From NCBI GenBank assembly GCA_047495785.1, contig JBLDXI010000024.1, forward strand, positions 4,650,001-4,714,000: 64,000 nt of DNA, written 5' to 3'. Made by a program: the position numbers and the translations under genes. The stretch is from Lepidodermella squamata (Eukaryota; Animalia; Gastrotricha). Under the pieces are notes generated by a model. The model was not told the origin of the DNA. It did not search any database and saw only the letters and a program-made list of their open reading frames with translations. This document shows, piece after piece, positions 37,890-49,016 of this stretch (the stretch's first letter is position 1; each line of letters opens with the position of its first letter).

Positions 37890-38936
37890 TTACACCAGAA
37901 GGGTAAAAACTGTAGCATAGAATGCAGCCCCGCACAGCAAAAAGATAGAGAAGAAGGTAAGATCCAGAGCAAGGTAGAATCTGCACGACATCCTGCAAAT
38001 GTTCACTTTGATCGTTGCCCGATCCGGGTATAAAGTGATGAAAGAGCACATTACAGCAGCATAAATTGCACAGACCATCTGATACACAACCTGGCCGAAG
38101 AGAAAGTAGGACGCAATTATGCGCTCGCTTGTTTTAGGCAAGTTGTTCAGCATGTCGGATTGCAGAACGAAAGTTGCCAGCATGATTGTCGCAGCGAAAG
38201 CAGCTCGATCCGGGCAATCAGCTGGTACAAAGAAACTGCTGAGGCCTAGGATGTTCAGGACGAAGCTCGGGCCGAAGAGATTTGAGATGAAGTAGGTTGG
38301 GTCGCGTTTAAGGGTCAAACAAAAGGAACCTGTAGTATTGTCTTCCTCAAGGAACGCACGTCTCGACTCGTACTTCCAAATTGAGCTATCCGGAATGAAT
38401 GATTTCACTTCGAAAAACAAATCGCCCAGCTGGGCGTATTTTGGACTTGCGAACAGGAAGATTTTCATACAGCACTCTTGGGTGTCGTAAGGAAATCGGT
38501 AAAAATTCATCGTACAAGAGGACGCAAATTGCGAAAGGATCGCGGTGATATATTGCCCATCCGCAACGTCAATCTCAACAGCACGACAGACTGTATCGCC
38601 AGTCATTGATGGGTTGTCAGCCGAGTTGCGATGTAGGAAACCTGGCCACCAAATGCGGTCGTGTTCCCTAACTAATTTCAGGCTGTCGACACCCCCAGCT
38701 TGTGCTATGATTTTTTTAGAATTCTCCTCGGTGCATGGATCATTCCATATAAAGGATAACTGCGCAGTTATCGCCATTACTTGAGTTACATCGTCAAGGT
38801 AGATCAAGTGATCTACCATTAATTGTACATCAACAATAGTTGGTACGCCTGTGAGTTCACTCGGCGAGTTGAACATCGGTTCCAGGTGACAAGCTGCCAG
38901 TAGTAACTCGAGAAGGGGAAAGGTGCCATTCGCCAT
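37890..38936 (-). CDS. Intronless divergent Cys-loop receptor subunit, subtype C
   Basis: Intact 348-aa ORF with CTMNFYRFPYDTQEC and 4 TM. Confidence 0.92.
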   Translation of the reverse strand: MANGTFPLLELLLAACHLEPMFNSPSELTGVPTIVDVQLMVDHLIYLDDVTQVMAITAQLSFIWNDPCTEENSKKIIAQAGGVDSLKLVREHDRIWWPGFLHRNSADNPSMTGDTVCRAVEIDVADGQYITAILSQFASSCTMNFYRFPYDTQECCMKIFLFASPKYAQLGDLFFEVKSFIPDSSIWKYESRRAFLEEDNTTGSFCLTLKRDPTYFISNLFGPSFVLNILGLSSFFVPADCPDRAAFAATIMLATFVLQSDMLNNLPKTSERIIASYFLFGQVVYQMVCAIYAAVMCSFITLYPDRATIKVNICRMSCRFYLALDLTFFSIFLLCGAAFYATVFTLLV

Positions 38937-38939
38937 GTC

Positions 38940-39180
38940 AGGATTAAATCAAGGTGAAGCTATCTGAGTAGCACGCATCACTGATCGCAGTCGAGTGGGC
39001 GAATGCGCTTGATCGGATATATGGCGAATCCCTGTGCCAGGTTTTTTATCTGAAATTTTCAATCGATTTCGTCTCTCAGCAAACATCGAAGTGAATGAAT
39101 ATTTAATCAAAATGCTAAAAATCCTGGAACAACCATGCGGCAGATATATGAGTAATGTTTCAATTTATTAAAGCCGAACT
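38940..39180 (-). promoter_or_regulatory. Conserved ~230-bp upstream element of subtype A/C receptor genes (copies near 31640, 33440, 35480, 48060 and 53410)
   Basis: Shared blocks GAGTGGGCG..T.CGCTTG..CGGATAT, TTTAATCGATTT..TCTC..CAAACATC and TAAAGCCGA at similar spacing from each ATG. Confidence 0.65.
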
Positions 39181-39295
39181 TGAATAAATTCAATAAATTG
39201 TTGCTGAGTTAAAACTGTGTTAAGATCGTTTTCGGGTATGATTACGTGTGATGATCTCGCCATAATTCATCAAACCTCAGATTATGACCGCTACG

Positions 39296-39762
39296 CAGTG
39301 ACTTTGATTTGATTTGATTTGATTTATTCAGTAAATCACAGGTCTTTGTAAATCAATCATTTCAAATCAAATCCCCAACAAATCGATAGTAAATCAATCA
39401 AATCAAACCATCAGGCCCGCTTAAATCAAATGAAATCAAATCTTTCGCATAGGGAAACATGAGTATCATGGTAAATTTCTGGGGATTCATTCAGATTTCA
39501 AGTTTGGTTTTGGCAGAATGAGTATGAAAGGGCATGAATAGCCCCAGGCTTTGGAAAGCAGTTGTTTTCGAGGCAAATGTGAGTTCTCATGTTTAGTAAC
39601 AGGAGAATTCCGAGAGTTCTGATTTTTATAAATCAGCAGTAAATCAAGCGGGCTAAATTTAAATCAAATCAAATCATCCTGAAATTTTCTAAATCAAATC
39701 ATCAAAAAATGCCCTAAATCAAATCACAATCACAATCAAATCAAATCAAGTCAAAGTCTCTG
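39296..39762. mobile_element. hAT-type MITE with (GATTT)n subterminal repeats
   Basis: TIR CAGTGACTTTG / CAAAGTCTCTG and 8-bp TSD CCGCTACG. Confidence 0.9.
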
Positions 39763-39770
39763 CCGCTACG

Positions 39771-41140
39771 TCACACATATGCACCAGTACTTATTGAATG
39801 TAAGGTGGCAGAAGAAAAGCAGGATTTCCATGAAAAATGTGATTCCATAAAGATTGGCCATTAACACTTCCCAGTTGACAAGGAGGTCAAAATTGACGAA
39901 TGAAGTTCTGTCGGTCCGGAGTCGAGTCACAGCTTTCATGACTACGAGAATTCGGGCGATGAACAATCCAACAATAGCCAAGGCTATCAATATCTGACAC
40001 ACCTCTGACAACTTCCAACCATCTTTACGGAATTTAGCGAATCCTTGTTTTTTCATTTTGATAATAACTTTAACAAGATGTGAAATAGCCAGCGAAACCC
40101 AGATGCCTTTAATGGCGAAGATGAAGATCGAACTTGCCCCAATATATTGGTACAAATGAAGAGGATACATCCTTGCGTGATAAGTCATTTCTCCAGCAAT
40201 CACGGCTTCGAACACAACTTTCACAGCGATAAACAAGTTGACCTGAGCATTGAACAGAACCATGTCTACAAACAATACTGAAGTTGCGTTGTCGAGCCAT
40301 CTCATCGACTGAAGCCCAGCAACGAAAGCTTGAGCTTTCTCAATATTCACGGTATAGGGAGCGAGTCCACCTCCCATCTCTCCTCCTGGACCCCTTACAA
40401 CCGCGTAAGCGAACACGGAGTGAGTGTCGACCATGGTGGCTCAAATGTTAGAGCCGTGTCTTCTCAGAAAGGCAGTCCGGGTTCAATCCCCGGGTACGAC
40501 ACTTTTCGAGTACTCGTGTAGCGCGTTACACACGGGAAGATCTACGATCTACGTAGTAGCCGCCACTCCTGTAGGTTGCTTGCCAGCCTGAGTAGGGAAT
40601 TCCGCTGTCATCTCAATGAATCCATGGAGCTTACTCAGTCCGTCCTCGCCGATTCCAAGCTGGCCATAGTATTGATTCTGACACCTTGTAGTATTGACCA
40701 ATAATTTGTCTACGAATTTCTTGACAAATCGAGGTATCGGCGAAGTCTCCAGCAAACAGGGGGCTGAAAAATATGGTCTTATCTGTACCATTTGGTTCAG
40801 TAAAGTAAAGCATACTCACCGGATCGGACTCGCTGTTGTCTCAAGCGAACGGGCCCGAGAACTAGCACACCATGGTTTAGAACTTTGTAGATATTCTTCA
40901 CGTTGAATTTTAAGGCCTTACTCAACTGGTTGGCGGTGAAAAACTGCGGCAGCAGATTGTTATTTAGCCACGAGTAAATTTAGCTGTAGTCATTGATCAC
41001 ACCCATCTGTGGTACAGTAGGCATCTCGATCAATGGCTTCGCCAATTTGTTGATAGGCCAGTCTGTTCTGCGTGGCAGATATCACAATAGCAAATGTAAC
41101 GACGTAGATGATGTTCATAGCAACAAAATCGTTGGCTCCG
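39771..41140 (-). pseudogene. Polycystin (PKD1-like/PKD2 channel and TOP domain) pseudogene fragment
   Basis: LGPVRLRQQRV, ATYRSGGYYVDLP and RWLDNATSVLFVDMVLFNAQVNLF. It retains a GT-AG intron (about 40764-40819) and has in-frame stops, a 7-bp duplication and an insertion. Confidence 0.85.
40353..40530 (+). mobile_element. 178-bp solo-LTR-like insertion containing a tRNA-like cassette
   Basis: 5-bp TSD CACGG; termini TATAGG (one change from TGTAGG) and TTACA; internal A box TGGCTCAAATG and B box GGTTCAATCCC. Removing it restores the polycystin peptide LPVNIEKAQ. Confidence 0.75.
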
Positions 41141-41159
41141 ATCAATAGTAGGTGTCCAC

Positions 41160-41640
41160 ATAATGGACTACATTCCTAACATAGACATGAGGCTGGCTCT
41201 ATGCGGAGGTCTTATTGAAGTGAGCCGCATTGTTGAAAAACAACGGTTAAGGTACTTCGGACACATTGTGAGATGTGAGATCACGCACGTTTTCCTTACG
41301 CCGGAAAAAGAAAACTAGCACTAAGAATAAGGCCAAGGAGAAGAAGGGCAAAGCGCCAAAGAAAAAAGGGAAGGAAAAATTCAGCGAAAAGGAGTTTAAA
41401 TTAAAATTATACCCGATTTTCAACTAGCTGAACTGGTGTCTTTTGAAAAAGATGAATGGCGCATGATTGTTAACTCGATTGAAAACTATGAATTTTTCGG
41501 AAAGAGCCAGATCTTCAACTGTGGGGGTGGGTAAGAATTTCTCTTTGCCTGCCTTCGCCTTCTTCAAAACCGGAAACGGTATATGGCGCTCAGTCCAGAT
41601 GAGGCTTAAATAAAACTATTATTATTATTATTATTATTAT
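41160..41640 (+). mobile_element. 5'-truncated RTE-clade LINE 3' fragment
   Basis: Translates to ...VEKQRLRYFGHIVRC, the RTE RT C-terminal motif RLRWFGHV.R, and ends in a (TAT)n tail at about 41618-41640. Confidence 0.7.
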
Positions 41641-42840
41641 TTTTTTTTTTTAAAGCCGACCTCCGAACCCATAGAAGCTGAACAGGTGAGTTGAGGAATA
41701 CACGAATGAGGAATACCTATTGTGTATATCTCTGTCATTCAAAAGACATCGAATAATGACTACTACATTATAGGCCAGCCTGTAATCTTTGTACCTCCGC
41801 TACGCTACGCTTCGGAGCTGCTACTCTGTTAACGCGCCGTTCGCTTCGTTTTGCCATTACGCGAGGACATTGAGGCTCCCTGCGTCGCCGCCTCAGAAGT
41901 CGCCGGTCTTCCCATTAAATTCGCGCTTATCCCCAGGCCCGCTCCCTACTATGGCTTGATCTCTCTTCATAAATTTCATTCCTCTATTCCTCTGTCTGTG
42001 TCCTTTTGTCTGTGTATTTTTTCCATTGCTGTCAGCCCATAGATAAATAAGTGAGAAAAGATAGGAAACTCATGCATGAGCATTGTTCCGAAATTCGGCG
42101 TCAGCTGTGACCAATCGTTGAACTCTCGTCCATTTTCGTTTAATCGAAATTTTGGCATTTTTTCAAGCCTCACTTTTTATTCTTATTGCATAGCCCACCT
42201 GACCACAAATGCCAAAATTTCGATTAAACGAAAATTGACGAGCGTTCAACCATCAATGTGCTAATGCTTTTGATGAAGGAAATGACAAAATATAAAAAAG
42301 TTTTTGTTCTATTGTACCTTCAACCTTCCAGCATATTCGCAATGTTTTGCTGTGGAAATTATAATGAAGGTATATACTCTATACTAACGTTTGCGATTAG
42401 GCCGACATCCCTTGCCGAATTGAAATTAGGCTTAAAATGTATCTAGAAATTGATCCAGGAGAGTAACATTATACTGTATTATGTATCACGTCTGTTTGAA
42501 AAACGGCCAAGGCAGTAATATACACTGTGTATAACTGAAAACCTATTTATTTTATTGTTTAAATAATATTTATTTAAAAGCTATCATGGTTGTTCGCACA
42601 TCTTTTTCATCAATTATATATAATAACATTAGACGCTAATATCGGGCGTCACATGCGATCGCGAACTTCAAGCACTTTCGGGATCAATGCTTGTTTTCTT
42701 TGCTATATGGCGTATTGAAAAACCAGTAGTGAAAAGGCATGAAAATAGCATGCAGTTGTGAAAAATGGACTAACATCTGTCTATTAAGGTCACTCCTAGC
42801 TAACATCAAAAATCCTATGGTTGGATTTTGAATTGTTCAG

Positions 42841-43872
42841 TTACAGCAGAAGAGTAAAAACTGTGGCATCATTATACTCCCGTTTTGCAGGTCAAAGGTC
42901 ACACTTGCACACGTGATCAAAACACTAAACTTTCAAGTTGTTGCTTGTTGTTAAGTTGGCGGTGGTTTCGTCATTTCGTCATTTCGTCAATTCGTCACTT
43001 TGAAAAACTTCCAAAAGGCCGAAAAAACTTAAAAAAAAAAATAAGAGCTGGAGTCGAACTATCAACCTCCGGTTTCGAGTGCTAGTGCTGGAACCACTAA
43101 GCAAGCAAGTAGTCTTAAAATAGTGTGCATCTATCTTGTTAAAGTATGCTTTAACTGTGGCCTATATCAATTGATTCTAAGACGGGTCCCATGTGTCTCC
43201 TGTGTGGTATAGTGGTTCAAGCTATAGCTAAGGAAACCAGAGGTTGATAGTTCGACTCCAGCTCATAACATATTTTTTTTATGGTGACGAAATGACGAAA
43301 TGACGAAACTACCACACTAGCAACAACCTAAAAGTTTAGTGTTTTGATCACACGTTTTGATCGCGTGTGCAAGTGTGACCTGCAAAACGGGAGTATAATG
43401 ATAGAATACAGCGCCGCAGAACAAAAAGAGAATAAAGAAGGTAAGATCCAGAGCAAGGTAGAATCAGTAGGTCACCTTGCAAATTTATACCTTGATCGTC
43501 GCTCGATCCGGGTATAAAGTGATGAAAGAGCACATCAAAGCAGCATAAATTGCACAGACCATCTGATACACAACTTGCCCGAAGAGAAAGTAGGTCGCAA
43601 TTATGCGTTCATTTGTTTTGGGCAAGTTGTTCAGCATGTCTCTGATTGCAGAACGAAAGTTGCCAGCATGATTGTAGCCGCGAAAGCTGCTCGATCCGGG
43701 CAATCAGCTGGCACAAAGATGTGAACACGCTAAAGATTGCTTTGTAATAATAACCGGACTCAACTTGAACGCTTGTCAACTGCCTGACAGGATCGCCATC
43801 CATAGCTGGGTTAACTGGTGAGTTGCGATGGATGACATTCGGCCACCAAATTCTATCGTGCCCGCTGAATAA
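42841..43872 (-). pseudogene. Cys-loop receptor pseudogene, subtype B (closest to 51174..52226)
   Basis: M4 is split by a MITE, there is a frameshift near the end of M2, an internal deletion joins VFTS to the M1-M2 linker, and the 5' end is missing. Confidence 0.85.
42870..43400. mobile_element. Foldback-like MITE with long inverted arms and a 2-bp AT duplication
   Basis: TIR CATTATACTCCCGTTTTGCAGGTCA inserted into GGC-AT-AGAAT of receptor M4; the arms stay complementary over more than 200 bp. Confidence 0.88.
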
Positions 43873-44127
43873 CAATGTTACTAATGTTACAAGCAATGTT
43901 ACTAAGAATTATGTAACGCAGACCACCAATAAATCGGTATCTCTCTGTGTGACGAAGTATGTGGGTTCGCCTTTCACCTTTCAGTGTCAAACAAACAGAG
44001 TGGTTGAAACACCGAGTCGATTGAACAATAATATATGATACACCGGTTTTTACCGTTTTCAACCGGTTTTTCATCTGTCTTTACCTCAAAAACACCGACG
44101 ATAGCGATTTGACAGGTCGACTTTGGG

Positions 44128-45939
44128 CAAAGTTCACGCATGTTAGCTTACTTTCATGAAGAGACTGATATCATCATTGCATTCCTCTCGAAAAAACTAC
44201 CCCAAAACATGTGTCACATGTAGAGATTTGTTTTACTGGTTCCACCCTCATTCCACCCTAGTTACACCTACTACCACGACCCTGTCCTAGTTTCTGTTTC
44301 CACCCGATTTCATGAAACACGAGAAGTCCGTTTGAAGTTTTGTTTATTAAGCACATGCCTGATAAACACAAGTCGAAGACAGCTACAATCTGCAAGTCAG
44401 GATAACAATTTAGACTTGAGCGCCAACATAAGCAACAGTCACACACCAGCACGCGCACAATGGTGAATTCAAGAGCGCAAAAAGACGTTCAGAATTTTAG
44501 AAGAATATCCTCGTAAATGTTTACAAGATAGACTGACAATACGATAGAGAGAATAAGAAAGTCGAAAGAAAATGCCATTTACCAGATTGACGAACAGATT
44601 CACAACATTCAGTGTTTTCGTCGGCTTCGTCCCCTTGCTTTCTGGGTCTCCAGTCGCAATTTTCCTTGGAAGCTCGCATCATCAGCTGCTTCTTGATTCT
44701 TGATCCCCCGAATTTCCGTAGTTGATACTTCAGGCTCGTCTGTTTCCGTAATTTTCGCATAGGTAGCTGTCACCTTTTGATACTATCTGAAAGATCGGTC
44801 GGTCATCTGAAACGAGCCGGAAACTTTTCTGTATTCACAAAAATTCTCCGAGAAAAGTCACTAACCTTGGCTGCCGTAAAAACACCTCGAAATTCAGGAC
44901 AAATCTTCGCATGAGGAATTAAACTGCTTGTCTTACACAAATTAAACATGAATTCTAAAAAGAAAGTTCATTAAAAATTGCGTTAGGAACAAATAAAATA
45001 ATCATTAGAGACAAGTTAGAACAGATTGCAAACAAGTTGTGACAAAATCATAGAGAATTGCGCCACGTGCAACTTATTTTGCCAAGTTTAAATTTTTGAA
45101 TCAAACGGACCTCGGCGTGGTGTCACTTGCAAACGGCACGTTGAGGCTCAGGCTTCAGCAGTAGAACGCATGCGAATATTGGTTGGAATGCGGAATGTAA
45201 AGGCGACATTTTTCCATATTATTCCTGATTGTTCCACGTTAGCAAAACTTCGCGTATTCGCATGGAAAAATTGCGTAGTTACATGTCATATTTTGGGTGT
45301 AATCTCGACTAAATTGCATCTGCCTTTGATTTCACCAAATTACATGTAAACACCTCAGATTGCATCGGCAATTTTTCACACATCTCCATGTAAACCTGTG
45401 TAAGCGCGCAATTATTCCATGTAACAACAACGTCCATCTTGATACACCCGCAAATACATGTAAAAATCGCTCCTTTACATGTCAAAATGTATTCTCTACA
45501 CTTTATTACACCCAGTTTTTTCTGTGCGGGTCATATCTGAGATTCGTAGCACGAGATGCTACGAAATCGAGTGCGGAGAATCCAGATATGAATGAATTAC
45601 GAGTACTATATCTATAAATATCGCATGAGCATGGGTACTAACACTATATTTTTTGAGCGAATGCTATATTTGGATAAAATTCATTTTTCGACGCGCTATT
45701 CGAAGGTTTCTGTGCCACAGGCAAGGAAATCGACACGCTGATCACGATTTTTTCGAATTTTATGCAGCCATTCCAAGATACGATCACTTCCAGTCCAGTA
45801 CTTATTTTATGGCCCCATCATCATCTTCTACAAAGAAATTAACTCTCTACATGTGACACACGTTCTGGGGTAGTTTTTGGAGAGGAATGCAATGATGATA
45901 TCAGTCTCTTCATGAAAGTGAGCTAAAATGTGACCTTTG
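44128..45939. mobile_element. Non-autonomous TIR element (~1.8 kb) truncating a receptor gene
   Basis: ~100-bp inverted repeats (CAAAG.TCAC...CTTTCATGAAGAGACTGATATCATCATTGCATTCCTCTC...). No TSD seen, consistent with an adjacent deletion. Confidence 0.8.
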
Positions 45940-46683
45940 CGAAAGCTGCTCGATCTGGACAATCAGCTGGTACAAAGAAGCTGCTAAGACCCAGGATATT
46001 CAGGACAAAACTTGGCCCGAAAAGATTTGATACGAAGTACGTGGGGTCGCGTTTTAGGGTCAAACAGAAACAAGCTGTAGCGTTTTCGTAAATAAACGTG
46101 CGACCTGATTGAAACTTCCAAATGGAGCTTTCAGGCATGAAGTACGAAAACGAGTCGCTGTTAAACTCCTGATAAATAATTGCGGCGTATTCCGGCTCAG
46201 CTGCTAATTTGGCGCAGCAATCTTGAGTATCATAAGGGAACCGCCAGAAATTCATATCGCAGTAAGATGAAAACTGGCCGATGATTGTGTTGTAATAGTA
46301 ACCATACCCCACTTTAATGCTAACAATGTGCCTGACGGGATCGCCATTCATAGCTGTGTTATCGCGCGAGTTGCGGTGAATGACATTCGGCCACCAAATT
46401 CTATCTTGCCCGCTAAATAACGTCAAGCCCTTCACCCCACCCGCCTTAGCGATTATTTCCCGCGAATTTTCTAGAGTGCGTTGATCGAACCACCAAAAAC
46501 TCAGCTTTGCACCAAAACTCATTGCTTGCGTATAACATCGTCAAGATCGGCGAAACGATCAACGGTTAGAATTACACTAACGCCAGTGACATCCCTGGTT
46601 AGTTCACTTGGTGAGTTGAACGTAGGCTCTAAATGGCAAGTAGCGAGAAGCAGCTCCAAAAGTGGAAGTGTGCTATTCATCAT
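45940..46683 (-). pseudogene. Cys-loop receptor pseudogene, subtype B
   Basis: MMNSTLPLLELLL start, a 2-bp insertion frameshift near 46530, and truncation in M2 (DRAAFA) by the TIR element. Confidence 0.88.
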
Positions 46684-47011
46684 CTATCTATTTGAGAGTT
46701 AAAATAATAGGCCAAACCAGAATTCGATAACAGATTTATAGGAAACCACCAATCGTGGTTGTTGATAGCGCATTTGCTCTCTCCATTATATATTACGATA
46801 CGCAATGACAGAGGGCTATATGAGTCGGTGTGCAAACCTCCAGCACTTTCGGGAGCAAAATCCTGTTTGCTTTGATGGCTTATTGATTACCCAGTTTTGA
46901 AAAAGGGGTAAAAACCAATGGACGAACATCACTTGATGCCAGGTTAAAATGAGAGAGATCCTTAAACCTATAAATTTTATTATTTCTCACTGAAGCTTCA
47001 CTACTAAGTCT

Positions 47012-48058
47012 TTATAACAAAAGTGTAAAAACTGTAGCATAGAATACAGCACCGCAAACCAAGAAGAGAAAGAAGAAAGTAAGGTCTAGGGCTAGGTAGA
47101 ATCTGCAGGTCGTCTTGCAAATTTTCACCTTGGTCGTCGCCCGATCCGGGTATAGAGTGATGAAGGAGCACATCAAAGCCGCATAAATTGCACAGACCAT
47201 CTGATACACAACTTGGCCGAAAAGAAAGTAAGTAGCAATTATGCGTTCACTTGTTTTAGGCAAATTATTCAGCGCGTCGGATTGAAGAACGAAAGTTGCC
47301 AGCATGATTGTAGCGGCGAAAGCTGCTCGATCTGGACAATCAGCTGGTACAAAGAAGCTGCTAAGACCCAGGATATTCAGGACGAAACTCGGCCCGAAAA
47401 GATTCGAGACAAAGTACGTGGGGTCGCGTTTTAGTGTCAAACAAAAGCAAGCGGTAGCGTTGTCCTCTTCGATGAACAATCGTTTCGACTCGAACTTCCA
47501 AATGGAGCTATCCGGGATGAATGAGGTGTCTTTGAAAAGCAAATCGCCCAGCTGGGCGTATTTAGGACTGGCGAACAGGAAGAGCCTCATACAGCATTCT
47601 TGGGTGTCGTAAGGAAATCGGTAAAAGCTCATCTTACAGGAGGTAGCGAATTGCGACATGATTGCGTTGATAAATACCCCATCTGCAACTCTAATTTCAA
47701 CAGCCCGACCGACCGTATCGCCATTCATTGATGGGTTGTCAGCCGAGTTTCGATGTAGGAAGCCCGGCCACCAAATGCGGTCGTGTTCTTTAACTAATCT
47801 TAGACTGTCGACGCCGCCAGCTTGCGCTATGATTTTTTCAGCATTTTCCCTGGTGCATTGGTCATCCCAAATAAAGGCGAACTGCGCAGTTACCTTCATT
47901 ACCTGAGATACATCGTCGAGGTAGCTCAAGTGATCTACCATCAATTGTACATTAACAAGAGTTGGCAAGCCTGTGAGTTCACTCGGTGAGTTGAAAATCG
48001 GCTCCAAGTGACAAGTTGCCAGTAGCAACTCGAGAAGAGGCACTGTTCCATTTGCCAT
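47012..48058 (-). CDS. Intronless divergent Cys-loop receptor subunit, subtype C
   Basis: Intact 348-aa ORF with CKMSFYRFPYDTQEC. Confidence 0.92.
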   Translation of the reverse strand: MANGTVPLLELLLATCHLEPIFNSPSELTGLPTLVNVQLMVDHLSYLDDVSQVMKVTAQFAFIWDDQCTRENAEKIIAQAGGVDSLRLVKEHDRIWWPGFLHRNSADNPSMNGDTVGRAVEIRVADGVFINAIMSQFATSCKMSFYRFPYDTQECCMRLFLFASPKYAQLGDLLFKDTSFIPDSSIWKFESKRLFIEEDNATACFCLTLKRDPTYFVSNLFGPSFVLNILGLSSFFVPADCPDRAAFAATIMLATFVLQSDALNNLPKTSERIIATYFLFGQVVYQMVCAIYAALMCSFITLYPDRATTKVKICKTTCRFYLALDLTFFFLFLVCGAVFYATVFTLLL

Positions 48059-48580
48059 GCCAGGTATAAATCTAGGTGAAAGCTATCTGCGAGCAGCACG
48101 CATCACTGATCTCTGCCGAGTGGGCGAATGCGCTTGGTCGGATATTGCGAATCCTTGTGCCAGGTTTTTTCCTCTGAAATGTTTAATCGATTTCATCTCT
48201 CTGCAAACATCAAAACGAATGAATATTTAATCAAAAATGCTGAAAATCCTGGAACAAAACCACGCGGAAAGGTTATATTCCTGTTTTTCCTTGCAAAACG
48301 TTACAAATGAACACATCTCTGCGCCTTATCTATCAAACACCATCTCATAGATAATCAGGAAATGCGTCGCAATTATTTGGTTCACTTGTTTTCGATATCA
48401 GGTTGAAAAGTTGCAAGCATGACGGATGCATTACGGAAAAGCTAGATAGTTTAAAGTATAAAAGCAATTTTACGAAGATCTTTGACACTGTACTTTAGCT
48501 GACTCAAATATTGCCTATAGGGTTGAGGACTCACGTCATTTCGAAATCAAGATAAATGATACACGATTGACCAAAAATTA

Positions 48581-48929
48581 CGGGTCCCCCACGAAGTAGC
48601 AGGCTTCATAGCAGGGAAAACGCACTAAACAATCCTCCCAGTAGGCGCTCAGGCTTAGCATCTGATTTTCATCCAATAGACTAACATGATAGTCAGCTAT
48701 TCTAGCTTTCCACACCAAAATTTGAGGAACGTAAGTCATGAAAACTCCGTAATGTAGCTCAGACCTCAATTTGGTCAAAAAAGCCGTTTTTCGAAAATTT
48801 TCCAAAATTCATAAGCCGAGCTCTTAAAGCAACGATGGGCACATATTTAGAAAACTACGCAGAATTTTATCGTAATTAATTCGATTTATTGTTGCGTGGC
48901 GTTTGCACCTGCAGTTCGTAGGGGACCCA
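48581..48929. mobile_element. PIF/Harbinger-like MITE
   Basis: TIR GGGTCCCC.ACGAA...GCAGG at both ends; flanks TTA/TGA (imperfect 3-bp TSD). Confidence 0.55.
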
Positions 48930-49016
48930 TGATTACTTTTCAAATTTCGAGGTTGATTTTATTGGATGAGGCTGGAAATTTGAGGCGTCAATATTGCCCG
49001 GTTTACTTTTTTGCAA

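Noticed and set aside
40424-40502. Possible functional tRNA gene
   Set aside because: The cloverleaf is imperfect and it lies inside a TSD-bounded insertion in a pseudogene.
44258-44760. Cys-rich PHD-like remnants inside the 1.8-kb TIR element
   Set aside because: Fragmented across frames and too weak to assign.
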